A stretch of DNA of 64,000 nt. Origin: Acidimicrobiia bacterium (GTDB lineage: Bacteria; Actinomycetota; Acidimicrobiia; Spongiisociales; ZC4RG35). The stretch is from contig OZ244034.1 in the NCBI GenBank assembly GCA_965215185.1, positions 32,001-96,000 on the forward strand. Direction: 5' to 3'. Positions 14,260-23,710 of this stretch are shown here, piece after piece (positions within the stretch are counted from its first letter, which is position 1; each line of letters starts with the position of its first letter). A program made the translations under genes and the position numbers. The notes below the pieces were generated by a model, which saw nothing but the letters and a program-made list of their open reading frames with translations, had not been told where the DNA came from and made no database searches.

Positions 14260-15189
14260 GTGAGAAAGAGGGAACGGCTGTTGAATTTGCTTTGTTTGCT
14301 GTGGTCAAGCAAACGCAAGTTCACCCGGGAGGAGATATTTCGGAGAATGGTGCCCTATCGCACCTACGCCAACTCGGAGACGGCCCGACGCACCTTCCAA
14401 AGAGACAAGGCGGCTCTGCGCCAAGTGGGCTTTGACATCCAAACCGACCAGCCTGAGGATGGACCCGCTACCTACATCCTGGCGCAGCCGAGCGACGCGG
14501 TGGGGGCAATGGAACTTTCTGACTCTGAGCGGGTGGCGCTGGGCTTTGCCGTGGCGATGGTGCGACTGGGCGAGGCTCATTCGGTTGATCGCACCCTCAT
14601 CAAGCTGGGCGCAGGACTTGCCGAGAGCGTGACGGCGATCAATTTGGGTGTTCTGGAGTCGGGAAAGGTGAATGACCTGCTGCTGGCGGTGCAGTCTCGC
14701 TCGCCGGTGTTTTTCGATTACAAGGGCCGTCGTAGGCGGGGGGTGCAGCCGCTTCGGATCGTGAACCGCCGGGGGAACTGGTATGTGCTGGCTCGGGAGG
14801 ACGGCGTCGAGAAGGTGTTCAGAGTCGACAGGATCAGCAACCTGAGAGTGTCCAATCGAGAGGACATGTATGACCTTCCATCCCTTTCGGAGGGGCCAAA
14901 CATTCTGAACTCCGAGCCCTGGGAATATGGGGAGGACCCTTTCATAGAGACAACCATTCGTTTCGACGCCGACTCGGCTTGGTATGTCAGGCCTCGTCTT
15001 CCCTCTTCCGCCCAAATCCAAGAGGAGGAGGATGGCTCCCTGACTGTGCTGATGGGGGTGATCAACCGGGCGGCCTTTTTCGTATGGATGCTGGATTTCG
15101 CTCCGGATGGTGAGGTGTTGTCTCCTGATTCGATGCGTCGGGAGATGGTGGAGTGGGTACGGCGGTCTGTGGGGGAGGCCGGCTTGTGA
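14260..15189 (+). CDS. pafB: WYL-domain transcriptional regulator PafB
   Basis: ERLLNL, RTFQRDK HTH; WYVL...FRVDRI WYL domain; directly after pafA. Confidence 0.88.
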   Translation: MRKRERLLNLLCLLWSSKRKFTREEIFRRMVPYRTYANSETARRTFQRDKAALRQVGFDIQTDQPEDGPATYILAQPSDAVGAMELSDSERVALGFAVAMVRLGEAHSVDRTLIKLGAGLAESVTAINLGVLESGKVNDLLLAVQSRSPVFFDYKGRRRRGVQPLRIVNRRGNWYVLAREDGVEKVFRVDRISNLRVSNREDMYDLPSLSEGPNILNSEPWEYGEDPFIETTIRFDADSAWYVRPRLPSSAQIQEEEDGSLTVLMGVINRAAFFVWMLDFAPDGEVLSPDSMRREMVEWVRRSVGEAGL

Positions 15190-16127
15190 CTTACACGCGG
15201 CCGCTCGGCGGGCTTGGACGTCTGCTGATGGTGATTCCCTGGCTTATAGAGGAGCAAGAGGTACTCATCGAGGATCTGGAGCGTCGGTTTGCCATCAAGT
15301 CAGGGCAACTTGTCGAGGACATGGAGGCTCTCAACCAAGTGGATTTGTTCGTAAGTCCCGAGCAGCGCTTCTCGGTGGAGATAACCGAAGAACGCGTAAA
15401 GGTCTTAGAGGCGCCCAATTTCCCCGCCACTCCCGGCTTCCTGCCCTATGAGGCTTTGGCTTGTCTGGTGGCCGCCAAGACAGTGCTGGAAATGAACCCG
15501 GGATCGCCCGATTTGAGTTCGGCGGTGCAAAAGCTGGAGAAAGCGATCATGCCCCACGAGACGCATGCCCTGCGTGTTCTGTCTGCTTCGGATCCTCCCT
15601 GGGTGAAGCAACTGCGGGAATGGACCATCGCCGGTCAGGTGGTCTGGATGAGATATCGTTCCACCGATAAGGGAGAGCTTTCCGATCGGGTGGTGGAGCC
15701 CTGGCAGGTGTACCAGTGGAAGGGGATTTGGTACTTGTGGGGACATAGCCGGACCAAGGGTGAGCCTCGTCGGTACCGGGTGGATGGCGTTCAAAGAGCC
15801 AAGCCAACCGGAGAGACATTCGTTCGGCCCCGACGGGTTCCTCTCCCTCCCACCGACTATCGACCCGCCGCTGATGACCACCGAATGGTGCTGGAAATCC
15901 AGCCGAGAGGTCATTGGGTCATTGAGTATTACTCAATGCGCATACTCTCCGAGGACCCGTCGGGGTTGGTGCTCGCGGAGTTCTACACCCGGGATCCCCG
16001 CATCGCCGCCCAGTTGGCGCTCCGGCTCGGCCCCGATCTGCGAATCGTGGAGGGAGACGCCGCCCGCAAAAAGCTGGCCGAGTTGGCAGCTCATGTGTTG
16101 GAACGTTATGCCAATCCATCGAGGTAG
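15186..16127 (+). CDS. pafC: WYL-domain transcriptional regulator PafC
   Basis: RLLMVIPWL, R.VEPW, WYLWG, RYRVD; GTGA overlap with pafB. Confidence 0.85.
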   Translation: MTYTRPLGGLGRLLMVIPWLIEEQEVLIEDLERRFAIKSGQLVEDMEALNQVDLFVSPEQRFSVEITEERVKVLEAPNFPATPGFLPYEALACLVAAKTVLEMNPGSPDLSSAVQKLEKAIMPHETHALRVLSASDPPWVKQLREWTIAGQVVWMRYRSTDKGELSDRVVEPWQVYQWKGIWYLWGHSRTKGEPRRYRVDGVQRAKPTGETFVRPRRVPLPPTDYRPAADDHRMVLEIQPRGHWVIEYYSMRILSEDPSGLVLAEFYTRDPRIAAQLALRLGPDLRIVEGDAARKKLAELAAHVLERYANPSR

Positions 16128-16166
16128 AACGGGATCATTCTGCCAGCAGAGGCTAGCATTCTTGTC

Positions 16167-16778
16167 ATGAGCGTTATGTCCCGATTGCGTGAGGATCGGG
16201 TGCCCACCGGGGTGGATCCTTCCCGGTTGCCACCCGGCCAGTACATCACCAAGCGGTTTCCGGTGCTGCATGTCGGACACACCCCCAAGGTAAAGCTGGA
16301 CAAGTGGGATTTCAAGGTGGATGGCCTGGTGAAAAACCCGGTGTCGTGGTCTTTTGAAGAGATGGCATCATTGCCGCGCACCAAGATGCTGTGCGATATT
16401 CATTGCGTTACCAAGTGGTCCAAGTTCGACACCCGCTGGGAAGGCATCCCGGTCACCGAGGTGCTTTCGCACTTGGAGATTCAACCCCAGGCTACCCATG
16501 TTCTGGTGCTTGCTGAGCACGGTTTCGCATCGAATCTGTCGCTTGAGGACTTCGCCCGGCCCGAGAACCTGTTCGCCCTGCGCTTCGACGGAAAGGACTT
16601 GGCCCCCGATCACGGATGGCCCATGAGACTGGTGGTCCCCCGCCTGTATTTTTGGAAGTCGGTGAAATGGGTCAGGGGCCTTAAGTTCATCGAAGGTGAC
16701 CAACCGGGATTCTGGGAGCGAAACGGATACCACATGCGGGGCGAACCCTGGTCCGAGCAGCGCTACTGGGGAGATTGA
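16167..16778 (+). CDS. Sulfite oxidase-like molybdopterin oxidoreductase
   Basis: LPPGQY, DIHCVTKWS, HGWPMRLVVP, YFWKSVKW, GFWERNGYH. Confidence 0.93.
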   Translation: MSVMSRLREDRVPTGVDPSRLPPGQYITKRFPVLHVGHTPKVKLDKWDFKVDGLVKNPVSWSFEEMASLPRTKMLCDIHCVTKWSKFDTRWEGIPVTEVLSHLEIQPQATHVLVLAEHGFASNLSLEDFARPENLFALRFDGKDLAPDHGWPMRLVVPRLYFWKSVKWVRGLKFIEGDQPGFWERNGYHMRGEPWSEQRYWGD

Positions 16779-16802
16779 CGAAGAACTCTTCTCGCCGAGG
16801 GT

Positions 16803-18239
16803 TTATACCTCGGCCAGCGAAGGTCGGCGATTGAACCAGGGCTGGGTCTCTTCGAGTTGGGCGGCCAGCATCAGGAGGGTGGCTTCGTCTCCGTATCTTC
16901 CTAGGAAGTGCGCTCCCACCGGCACTCCCGAGGAGGTCTGACCGAGCGGGACCGACATGGCGGGTTGTCCGGTCATGTTCGCCAAGGAGCAGAACGGGCT
17001 GAACCTACCGATCCGAGACCGGAACTGGGTTGTGTCTTCGGAGTCGGTGTCGAAGGTTCCCAGCGGTGGGGGAGGGGTGGCCGTAGTGGGGGTGAGCCAC
17101 AGGTGATAGGCGCCGAAGAAGTCGGAGACCTCTCTTCCCGTTCGATGGATGGTCGCCAGCGCTTCCAGGTATTGAACGGCGTTGGTGCGGTTGCCCTCTT
17201 CCACTCGTTGCCTGATCCCCGCTTCCAGGTCACTGGGTCCGGGGGGACGTCCCAGTTGCTGGGCGCGTGCGGCCACGGTTCGGGCCACGTTGGCGTTGAC
17301 CACCGTGGTGTAGGCCGTCCCGGCCTCGCCGAGGCTCCAGCGGGGGGAGGCTTCCTCCACGATGTGTCCGAGCCGTTCACAGAGCCGGGCAGTCTCTTCC
17401 ACCACCCTCCGACAATCCGGATGGAGGGCATGCCCACGGGGAGTGCTTAGGGAAAACCCGACCCGCAACGTCCCCGGATCGGCGCCGACCCGGGAGAGGA
17501 ACGAATCCGAGGGAGGGGGCGGGTAGTAGGGAGCGCCTAGATCGGCGCCCGCGGTTACATCCAGCAGGAGAGCGGAATCCCGTACGGTGAGGGATACCGC
17601 ATGTTCGGTGCTCAGACCCCCCCAGCCTTCTCCCTGGTCAGGTCCGGGCGGAGTCCGGCCGCGGGTGGGCTTGAGGCCGAACAACCCACAGCAGGCGGCG
17701 GGGATTCTGATCGATCCGCCCCCGTCGGTGGCGTGGGCGAGGGGTAACACCCTGGCAGCGACCAGTGCCGCCGCGCCTCCGCTTGAACCGCCGGGGATCA
17801 AAGCAGTGTCCCAAGGGTTGCGAGCGGGGCCTCCGTATCGGGGCTCGGTGGCGAGATTGCAACCCAGCTCGGGGGTTTTGGTCTTACCGAATACCACCAG
17901 ACCGGCTGCGCGGTGTCGTCGCACTGTCTCGGTGTCGTAGTCGGCCACCGATCCCGCAAAGAACCTGCTCCCGGAGGTGGTAGGAGTTCCGGCGTACTTT
18001 GCCCGCAGATCTTTGAGCGCAAAGGGCGTCCCTCCCAGCGGTCCGGTTGTCTCGCCTCGTCTGATCTGACGCTGCGCTTCTTCCTCCATGGTCAGCACCA
18101 TCGCGCCGAGCGTGGGATCGACCGCCTCGGCGCGCCGCAGCGCCTCCTCCAGGAGTTCGGTGGGATGAGCCTCCCGGCGGGCGACCAGATCGGCCAGCCC
18201 CATTCCGTCGTGTTGGAGGTATTCTGCGCCCAGGCTCAT
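16803..18239 (-). CDS. Amidase (amidase-signature family)
   Basis: FALKDL, GKTKTPE, GGSSGGAAA, TDGGGSIRIPAACCG. Confidence 0.95.
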   Translation of the reverse strand: MSLGAEYLQHDGMGLADLVARREAHPTELLEEALRRAEAVDPTLGAMVLTMEEEAQRQIRRGETTGPLGGTPFALKDLRAKYAGTPTTSGSRFFAGSVADYDTETVRRHRAAGLVVFGKTKTPELGCNLATEPRYGGPARNPWDTALIPGGSSGGAAALVAARVLPLAHATDGGGSIRIPAACCGLFGLKPTRGRTPPGPDQGEGWGGLSTEHAVSLTVRDSALLLDVTAGADLGAPYYPPPPSDSFLSRVGADPGTLRVGFSLSTPRGHALHPDCRRVVEETARLCERLGHIVEEASPRWSLGEAGTAYTTVVNANVARTVAARAQQLGRPPGPSDLEAGIRQRVEEGNRTNAVQYLEALATIHRTGREVSDFFGAYHLWLTPTTATPPPPLGTFDTDSEDTTQFRSRIGRFSPFCSLANMTGQPAMSVPLGQTSSGVPVGAHFLGRYGDEATLLMLAAQLEETQPWFNRRPSLAEV

Positions 18240-19186
18240 CGGCTAACCGCCCGGCTGATGGCCTCCAGGCATCGTTCGAATCCCCGGCGGTTCGCCACTG
18301 GGCCGGACAGTGGAAAAACCATGACTTCGCTCCAGGTTGCCAGTTCCGACAAACGGGAAGCCACTTGGTCCATCGAGCCATGCACTACCAGTTCATCGAC
18401 CAAGGACGGGGAAAGCGGTTCGTCGGAGGGGGGATATCCGGCCGCTTCGAACATATCCCGGTAGAACTGAAAACGCCGATATGGGTCGATTTGTTGTTGG
18501 ACGGCGCGGTGCACTGCCTGGGGGTCTTCTGTCACCAGGGTGGGCACGCCCAAGATGATGGGAGGAGGGGGGCGGCCCGCCGAGTCCGCGCCCTTCCAGA
18601 GGGCCGGCAGACCGATGGTCTTCACATAGCGGGGCGGGCAAACCCAGGTGATCGCTCCATCCGCCACCTCTCCACACATGCGGAAGGCGCCTTGCCCGAG
18701 TGCGGAGGCCAGCACCGGGGTGGGGAGGGGGGTGGGCAGCTTGCCTTTGGCCCGTACGAATTCGCCTCGAAAGTCCACCCTCCCCTTCTGGAAGATGGTG
18801 CGCAGCGTTATCAGATACTCTCTTAGGTGACTTAGAGGTTTGCGAAAATCGGCGCCGTAAGAGGACATGGCGGCGGAGGTGCTGGGGCCTACCCCCAATC
18901 TGATCCGACCGCCAGCCAATGATTCCAGGGCAGTCACCTGCTGGGCCAACGCCAGGGGATGGCGCGGCCAGATGGGAACCACCGCGGTACCCATTCTGAT
19001 CCGGTCAGTGACTTGAGAGGCGGCGGCGATGATGGTGAGGGCATCGGGTCGCAGCCGCCCGGAGGTCAGCCAGACAGTGTCGGCCCCGGCCTGCTCGGCA
19101 AGCCTGATCGCCTCCAAGGTGGCCGACGTTCCATCGGGTACCACGGCGATACCCATGCCGGGTTGGTCGGGAGGGGCAAGGACCAT
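18236..19186 (-). CDS. LLM-class (luciferase-like, probably F420-dependent) oxidoreductase
   Basis: TDRIRMGTAVVP, RHPLALAQQ, GRIRLGVG, GEVADG. Confidence 0.9.
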   Translation of the reverse strand: MVLAPPDQPGMGIAVVPDGTSATLEAIRLAEQAGADTVWLTSGRLRPDALTIIAAASQVTDRIRMGTAVVPIWPRHPLALAQQVTALESLAGGRIRLGVGPSTSAAMSSYGADFRKPLSHLREYLITLRTIFQKGRVDFRGEFVRAKGKLPTPLPTPVLASALGQGAFRMCGEVADGAITWVCPPRYVKTIGLPALWKGADSAGRPPPPIILGVPTLVTEDPQAVHRAVQQQIDPYRRFQFYRDMFEAAGYPPSDEPLSPSLVDELVVHGSMDQVASRLSELATWSEVMVFPLSGPVANRRGFERCLEAISRAVSR

Positions 19187-19239
19187 CTTGTTAGATTACC
19201 TGCGAGGAGGGCCGAGCGCCGTTCCCTGTACATGCCGGC

Positions 19240-19440
19240 CAATCGTCTTCGATAATGGACGACGAAGATCTGCTGACAGTCGGTAGATGTCGGGGGATGG
19301 GAATGACGACCACTGCTTGTGCCTGGCGGCCTGAATCGCCGAATCGTTTTCGTGTGAATGCTGAGGAGGGTTAAATGGTGTCCGAGAATCTCTATGCAGT
19401 GGGACACAACGCCGGAGTCGGTGGTCGGGTCGCCGGTGAG
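19240..19440 (+). pseudogene. Decayed copy of the 5' end of the 20296 bactofilin-like gene
   Basis: 19376-19403 matches 20450-20477 at 26/28 nt; VSENLYAVGHNAGVGGRVAG vs VSEDLYAAGNNIRISGRVEG. Confidence 0.7.
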
Positions 19441-19554
19441 GAAACGTTCTCCTGGAAAGCCGCTTTCCAGGAGAAAGGAAAGGGCATGTATTTCAGAGCC
19501 ATCCCCGCCAGTGCTGTCGGCGCCAATTCAAACAGGGCTGTTCTTCCCAGAGAC

Positions 19555-20025
19555 TCAGCTAAGGGCCTCGGCTTCGGGGCGGTTCTGTGGCGCGCAATCT
19601 GAGCAGTAGCCGAGAACCGCCAGGTTGTGGCTGTTTGGGGAAAAGCCATAATCTTGACGCAGCGAGTCGTAGGTTTGTTCAAAGACCTCCATGGGAACGG
19701 CTATGGTCTTGCCACACTCCTCGCAAACCAGATGCTGGTGGTCGTGGTGAACTGTCAGGTGCCAGAAACCTGGTACGTGCCCCAGTTGGACTTGATGAAC
19801 GAGTCCGATCCCAGCCAGATATTCCAAAGCCCGATATATTGTGGAGGCGTCGATCTCACCTGCAGAGGCCTTAACTCTTTCCAGAATGGTTGCGACATTC
19901 AGGAACTCTTTCTCGCTCTCAGCGAGCACCCGGCAAATCGCCCGTCTGGGCAAGGTAATCCGGAACCCGGCCTCTCTCAGTTTGCCGATCAGAATCTCTT
20001 CGGCGGTAGCTTCTCCATAAACCAT
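19555..20025 (-). CDS. Fur family transcriptional regulator
   Basis: GFRITLPRRAI, STIYRAL, HDHQHLVCEECG, GYCSDC; start uncertain (20025 or 20064). Confidence 0.93.
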   Translation of the reverse strand: MVYGEATAEEILIGKLREAGFRITLPRRAICRVLAESEKEFLNVATILERVKASAGEIDASTIYRALEYLAGIGLVHQVQLGHVPGFWHLTVHHDHQHLVCEECGKTIAVPMEVFEQTYDSLRQDYGFSPNSHNLAVLGYCSDCAPQNRPEAEALS

Positions 20026-20295
20026 AACTTGCAAGAGAGAGCCTAACTTGCAGCCGTTTGCCAAGGAAAATGCCCTAGCCGCCAGCCTCGGAACACCCTT
20101 AGAGCCGTGGGATCAAATCACCACACTACGAAGCGGCACGTTGGTTGCGCTAGTCCGTCGGTTGTGTCGACCGAGGTGCAGGGTCGGCCACGAGCGCGGG
20201 CGGTACATTCTGGCACAGGCATGAGAGGGTAAGGGACGGTCTTGTCGGATGGCCTGTGAGGAACACCGCGAAGAGTTCCTTGTAGATTGACTGCC

Positions 20296-21498
20296 ATGCC
20301 GTTTAGAAAACGCCGAGGATCTGCGAGCAATCGCCGGTACCGGTGGATCGGCATGGTGACATTGGCACTGTTGTGCGTGGTGATGACAGCTTCTCCCATC
20401 GCGGCCTCCACCGCCGAGTCGGATTTGGTGTGGATTCTGGAAGATGAAGTGGTGTCCGAGGATCTCTATGCAGCGGGGAACAACATCCGAATCTCGGGTC
20501 GGGTGGAAGGTGACCTGGTGGGGGTGGCGACCGACGAGTTGGTGGTGGAAGGAGTGGTGACCGGTTCGGTGTTTGTTGTGGCGTCGCGGGTTGAGATTGT
20601 GGGAGTGGTGGAAGGATCGGTGCGCGCGGCGGCGGGAGAGGTGGTGGTCACCGGGCGGGTGGGAGGAGATGTGGTGGTGGGGGCGGGTGTTCTGCGGGTG
20701 GCCGGGGAGGTGCACCGGGACATATTGGCGGCGGCTTGGTCGGTCTCTGCCCGCGGGAAGGTGGGCAGGGACTTGAGAGGGCGGTTTCGGTCTGTGACCC
20801 TGGGCGGGGAGATCAACGGCGATGCCCAGATTCGGACAGAGCACTTGGACGTGGAACGAGGGGCATTGGTCTCAGGTGATCTGGATTATCAGGCTTCCAG
20901 TCTTTCGGGAATGGAGTATCTGGAGGAGAAGGTGGTCGGATCGGTCATCAACCGCCGCGTGCTTGCACCCAATATCCGGGTTCGCGCTTTCCAGCTTATG
21001 ACTTATATATTCCTGTCCTTGCTGATGATGGCGGGAGGTTTGATCATCGTCCGCTTAGCCGGCTTCCAGGTGGCAAGAGCTGCTCGGCGGACCATCAGGT
21101 CGCCGCTGCGGAACCTGGGCAAGGGTTTGCTCCTGTTCTTGTCGCCTCTAATAGGTGTGTTGGTGGTGGGGATGGCGGTCATTTGGCTTCCGGTCTATAT
21201 CTGGGGGCCACTCATGGTGGGAGCGGTCCCCCTTCTCATCATCGTGACCGGGACGTGGTTGTTGGTCGCGTTGATCGCCCATGTCCCGGTGGCGGTTGCC
21301 ACGGGTAGGGCAGTGGGCAGAGTATTCCACCGAGATTGGGAGTTGCCTTTGTCTTATTTGCCGGGCGCCCTCGTCTACGTGCTGGCGCTGCAGATCCCGG
21401 TGGTCGGCCTGCCACTGGTCGCCATCGCCACGATCCTGGGAGGAGGGGCATGGCTGGGCAGAGACCGCGCAAGGTCAGGCACCGACCGTAAGGTCTAA
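20296..21498 (+). CDS. Exported/membrane protein with bactofilin-like (polymer-forming) beta-helix repeats and C-terminal TM bundle
   Basis: Signal peptide, repeated GxVxGD/S units, about five C-terminal TMs. Confidence 0.75.
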   Translation: MPFRKRRGSASNRRYRWIGMVTLALLCVVMTASPIAASTAESDLVWILEDEVVSEDLYAAGNNIRISGRVEGDLVGVATDELVVEGVVTGSVFVVASRVEIVGVVEGSVRAAAGEVVVTGRVGGDVVVGAGVLRVAGEVHRDILAAAWSVSARGKVGRDLRGRFRSVTLGGEINGDAQIRTEHLDVERGALVSGDLDYQASSLSGMEYLEEKVVGSVINRRVLAPNIRVRAFQLMTYIFLSLLMMAGGLIIVRLAGFQVARAARRTIRSPLRNLGKGLLLFLSPLIGVLVVGMAVIWLPVYIWGPLMVGAVPLLIIVTGTWLLVALIAHVPVAVATGRAVGRVFHRDWELPLSYLPGALVYVLALQIPVVGLPLVAIATILGGGAWLGRDRARSGTDRKV

Positions 21499-21614
21499 AA
21501 CCGACCTCACAGCACTGACCAATACCTGAATAGCGCAGAGAAACGCACCACTTTGGAACTTGCTGTGGGCTGCGGCCTCACCTAGGTTTCACCCAACGAG
21601 TCCCAAGGGGAGGA

Positions 21615-22220
21615 TCAACCGCCGGGGGAGCCGTAGCGCCTAAGACCCTGGCGGAGAGCGTCGGGGGTGTCCACCGAAAACCACGAGCGGCCATCCTCAC
21701 CCCAGGACCGCCAGTATTGGGGAAGGATCAGACTTCCTCCCAGGCGGGGGATCACCGGTTGCAGCGATTGCCCCTTCCGGGCAGCCTCGGCCACCGGGGG
21801 AAGTGCCCTCGCCGGATAGACGGCGCAGCTTATCTGATAAAGCATGTCGAGGGGAACTACCGGAAGGGGCCGGACCTCCAGCATGGCAGCCAGGGTTGCG
21901 GGTCTTACCCAGGGGTGATCCACGGCCACCGCCAAGACTGGCCGGCCGGCGGCCTCTGACAGCCCGGTTGCAATTCCTGCGGCGGGTCCGCGGCCTTCCG
22001 ATTCGAGGTCGGGGATCGACCGGACACCCTCGGCGCGTTCGCGTCCCACCACCACCACTTCGGGAACCACTTGGGAGAGGGCGGTCACCACCCAATCCAG
22101 CAGGGTGCGGCCTCCCAGCAAGGTTAAGGCCTTATCGGTCCCCATCCGGCGGGATTGTCCACCCGCCAGCACCACTCCGAGTACCTGGGTGGGGAGAGGG
22201 GATGACGAATGTGACTTCAT
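21615..22220 (-). CDS. mobA: Molybdenum cofactor guanylyltransferase
   Basis: GVVLAGGQSRRMGTDKA, GPAAGI, AVDHP, SVDTP. Confidence 0.88.
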   Translation of the reverse strand: MKSHSSSPLPTQVLGVVLAGGQSRRMGTDKALTLLGGRTLLDWVVTALSQVVPEVVVVGRERAEGVRSIPDLESEGRGPAAGIATGLSEAAGRPVLAVAVDHPWVRPATLAAMLEVRPLPVVPLDMLYQISCAVYPARALPPVAEAARKGQSLQPVIPRLGGSLILPQYWRSWGEDGRSWFSVDTPDALRQGLRRYGSPGG

Positions 22221-22255
22221 AGAATTTTCGGAGTCGGTATCAGCTATACAATCGA

Positions 22256-23500
22256 ATGGAAGTGACGCCTCAGGCTACCGACATCGAACTCACCTCTGTT
22301 CGTCGTCGGTTAGTGTATGTGCTCTTTTCTGGAGCAACTTTGGGGTGGATTGCTTTTATAGCAACCATAACTGTGGCCACGGTGGCGGCCCGCTCCCTGA
22401 CCGGGTCCACGTTGATCGCCGGGTTTCCCTTGGCGGCCGGCGCCCTGGGTCAGGCGCTGGGGACCAGTCTGTTCGGAAGGCTGAGCGCCTCTCGCGGACG
22501 CCGGTTCATCTTGTTGGTCGGGCCTCCCATATCAGTCTTGGGAGCTACCTTGGAATTGCTGGGGGTGGTACTCGGCTGGTATTGGTTGCTGCTGGGTGGG
22601 GCCCTGGTCGTCGGTGGCGGCATCGGAGCCGTCCATTTGATCAGGTATGTCGCCGCGGAACTCTCCGAAGAGCACCGGACGGCCTGGGCGATGGGGTTCA
22701 TAGTGTGGTCGGGCACTATCGGGTCGTTGGTGGGCGCCAACTTGGTGGACGGGGTGGGCCGGATGGTGGAGGAGTGGCTGGGGACGCCATATGGAGGCGC
22801 CTTCCTCCTGGCCGCCGTGGCTTTCCTGCTCTCCTGGTTGGTCTTTTGGATGGCCCTTCGTCCTGACCCTTCCCAGGTGGCTGTCACCACCCATGAAGGG
22901 CCAGCGGCCCGTGGGTCGGTGGGCTCGGCTTTCCGGAGTCCCAGGGTACAACTCTCGATCCTGGCTTTGCTATCTGCGCAAGTGGTGATGGTGATGGTGA
23001 CGACTGCCGCTCCGTTGCGCATCGAGGACGCGGGGTACGGTCTGGATGTAGTCGGGGTGGTGATCTCCACCCACGCGGTGGGAATGTTCGCCTTTGCCCC
23101 CCTAGTGGGAAAACTGGTCGACCGCATGGGACCTCTGTTGTCGCTGGTAATCGGAGTGTTGGTGACTTTGATTTCTCTGTTCCTGTCCGCAACGGCCTCC
23201 TATGAAGGATATTGGATGTTGAATTTTGGGCTCTTCGTCCTGGGCCTGGGATGGTGTTTCAGCTTCGTGGCGGGCAGTGCCATGCTGTTCGCTTCCGCTC
23301 CTTCCGATGTCCGCCAGATTGTGGAAGGGTGGGCGGATTCGGCAATCTGGACGATGGTGATGTTGGGCAGTGCAGGGGCCGGGGTTTTGATGAGCACCGT
23401 TGGGTTCGAATTTCTGAATCTGGTGTCGGCGGCGCCTCTGCTGGTCATTGTCCTGCTGGTGCTTTTTGTTCCAAGTCTCCGCGCCGAACTTGCTCGTTAG
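22256..23500 (+). CDS. MFS transporter (paralog 1)
   Basis: About 12 TMs, motif A-like GRLSASRGRR and GKLVDRMG, RYVAAE, HAVGMFA. Confidence 0.92.
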   Translation: MEVTPQATDIELTSVRRRLVYVLFSGATLGWIAFIATITVATVAARSLTGSTLIAGFPLAAGALGQALGTSLFGRLSASRGRRFILLVGPPISVLGATLELLGVVLGWYWLLLGGALVVGGGIGAVHLIRYVAAELSEEHRTAWAMGFIVWSGTIGSLVGANLVDGVGRMVEEWLGTPYGGAFLLAAVAFLLSWLVFWMALRPDPSQVAVTTHEGPAARGSVGSAFRSPRVQLSILALLSAQVVMVMVTTAAPLRIEDAGYGLDVVGVVISTHAVGMFAFAPLVGKLVDRMGPLLSLVIGVLVTLISLFLSATASYEGYWMLNFGLFVLGLGWCFSFVAGSAMLFASAPSDVRQIVEGWADSAIWTMVMLGSAGAGVLMSTVGFEFLNLVSAAPLLVIVLLVLFVPSLRAELAR

Positions 23501-23504
23501 TCAG

Positions 23505-23620
23505 GGCCGGGAATGTCCTGGCTTCTGGTTAGGCGGTATCCCCACCAGATACGGGACCGCGGCCCAGAAGAGAAGGCTCAAGACTCGTGAAGACCCAGGA
23601 CCTCTGGCCATGATCACTCC
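23505..23620 (-). pseudogene. Decayed remnant of the 3' end of the 24946-25644 membrane-protein gene
   Basis: aggcggtatccccaccagat is identical at 23531-23550 and 24980-24999, with weaker similarity beyond. Confidence 0.6.
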
Positions 23621-23710
23621 CGGACCTCTCGGCAAGGGAATGGCAGGAGGCTATGGCGGGGAAGGATTCACGGAAGTCGGGGCCGGTTTGACCAATAGAA
23701 TCGCAGAGGA

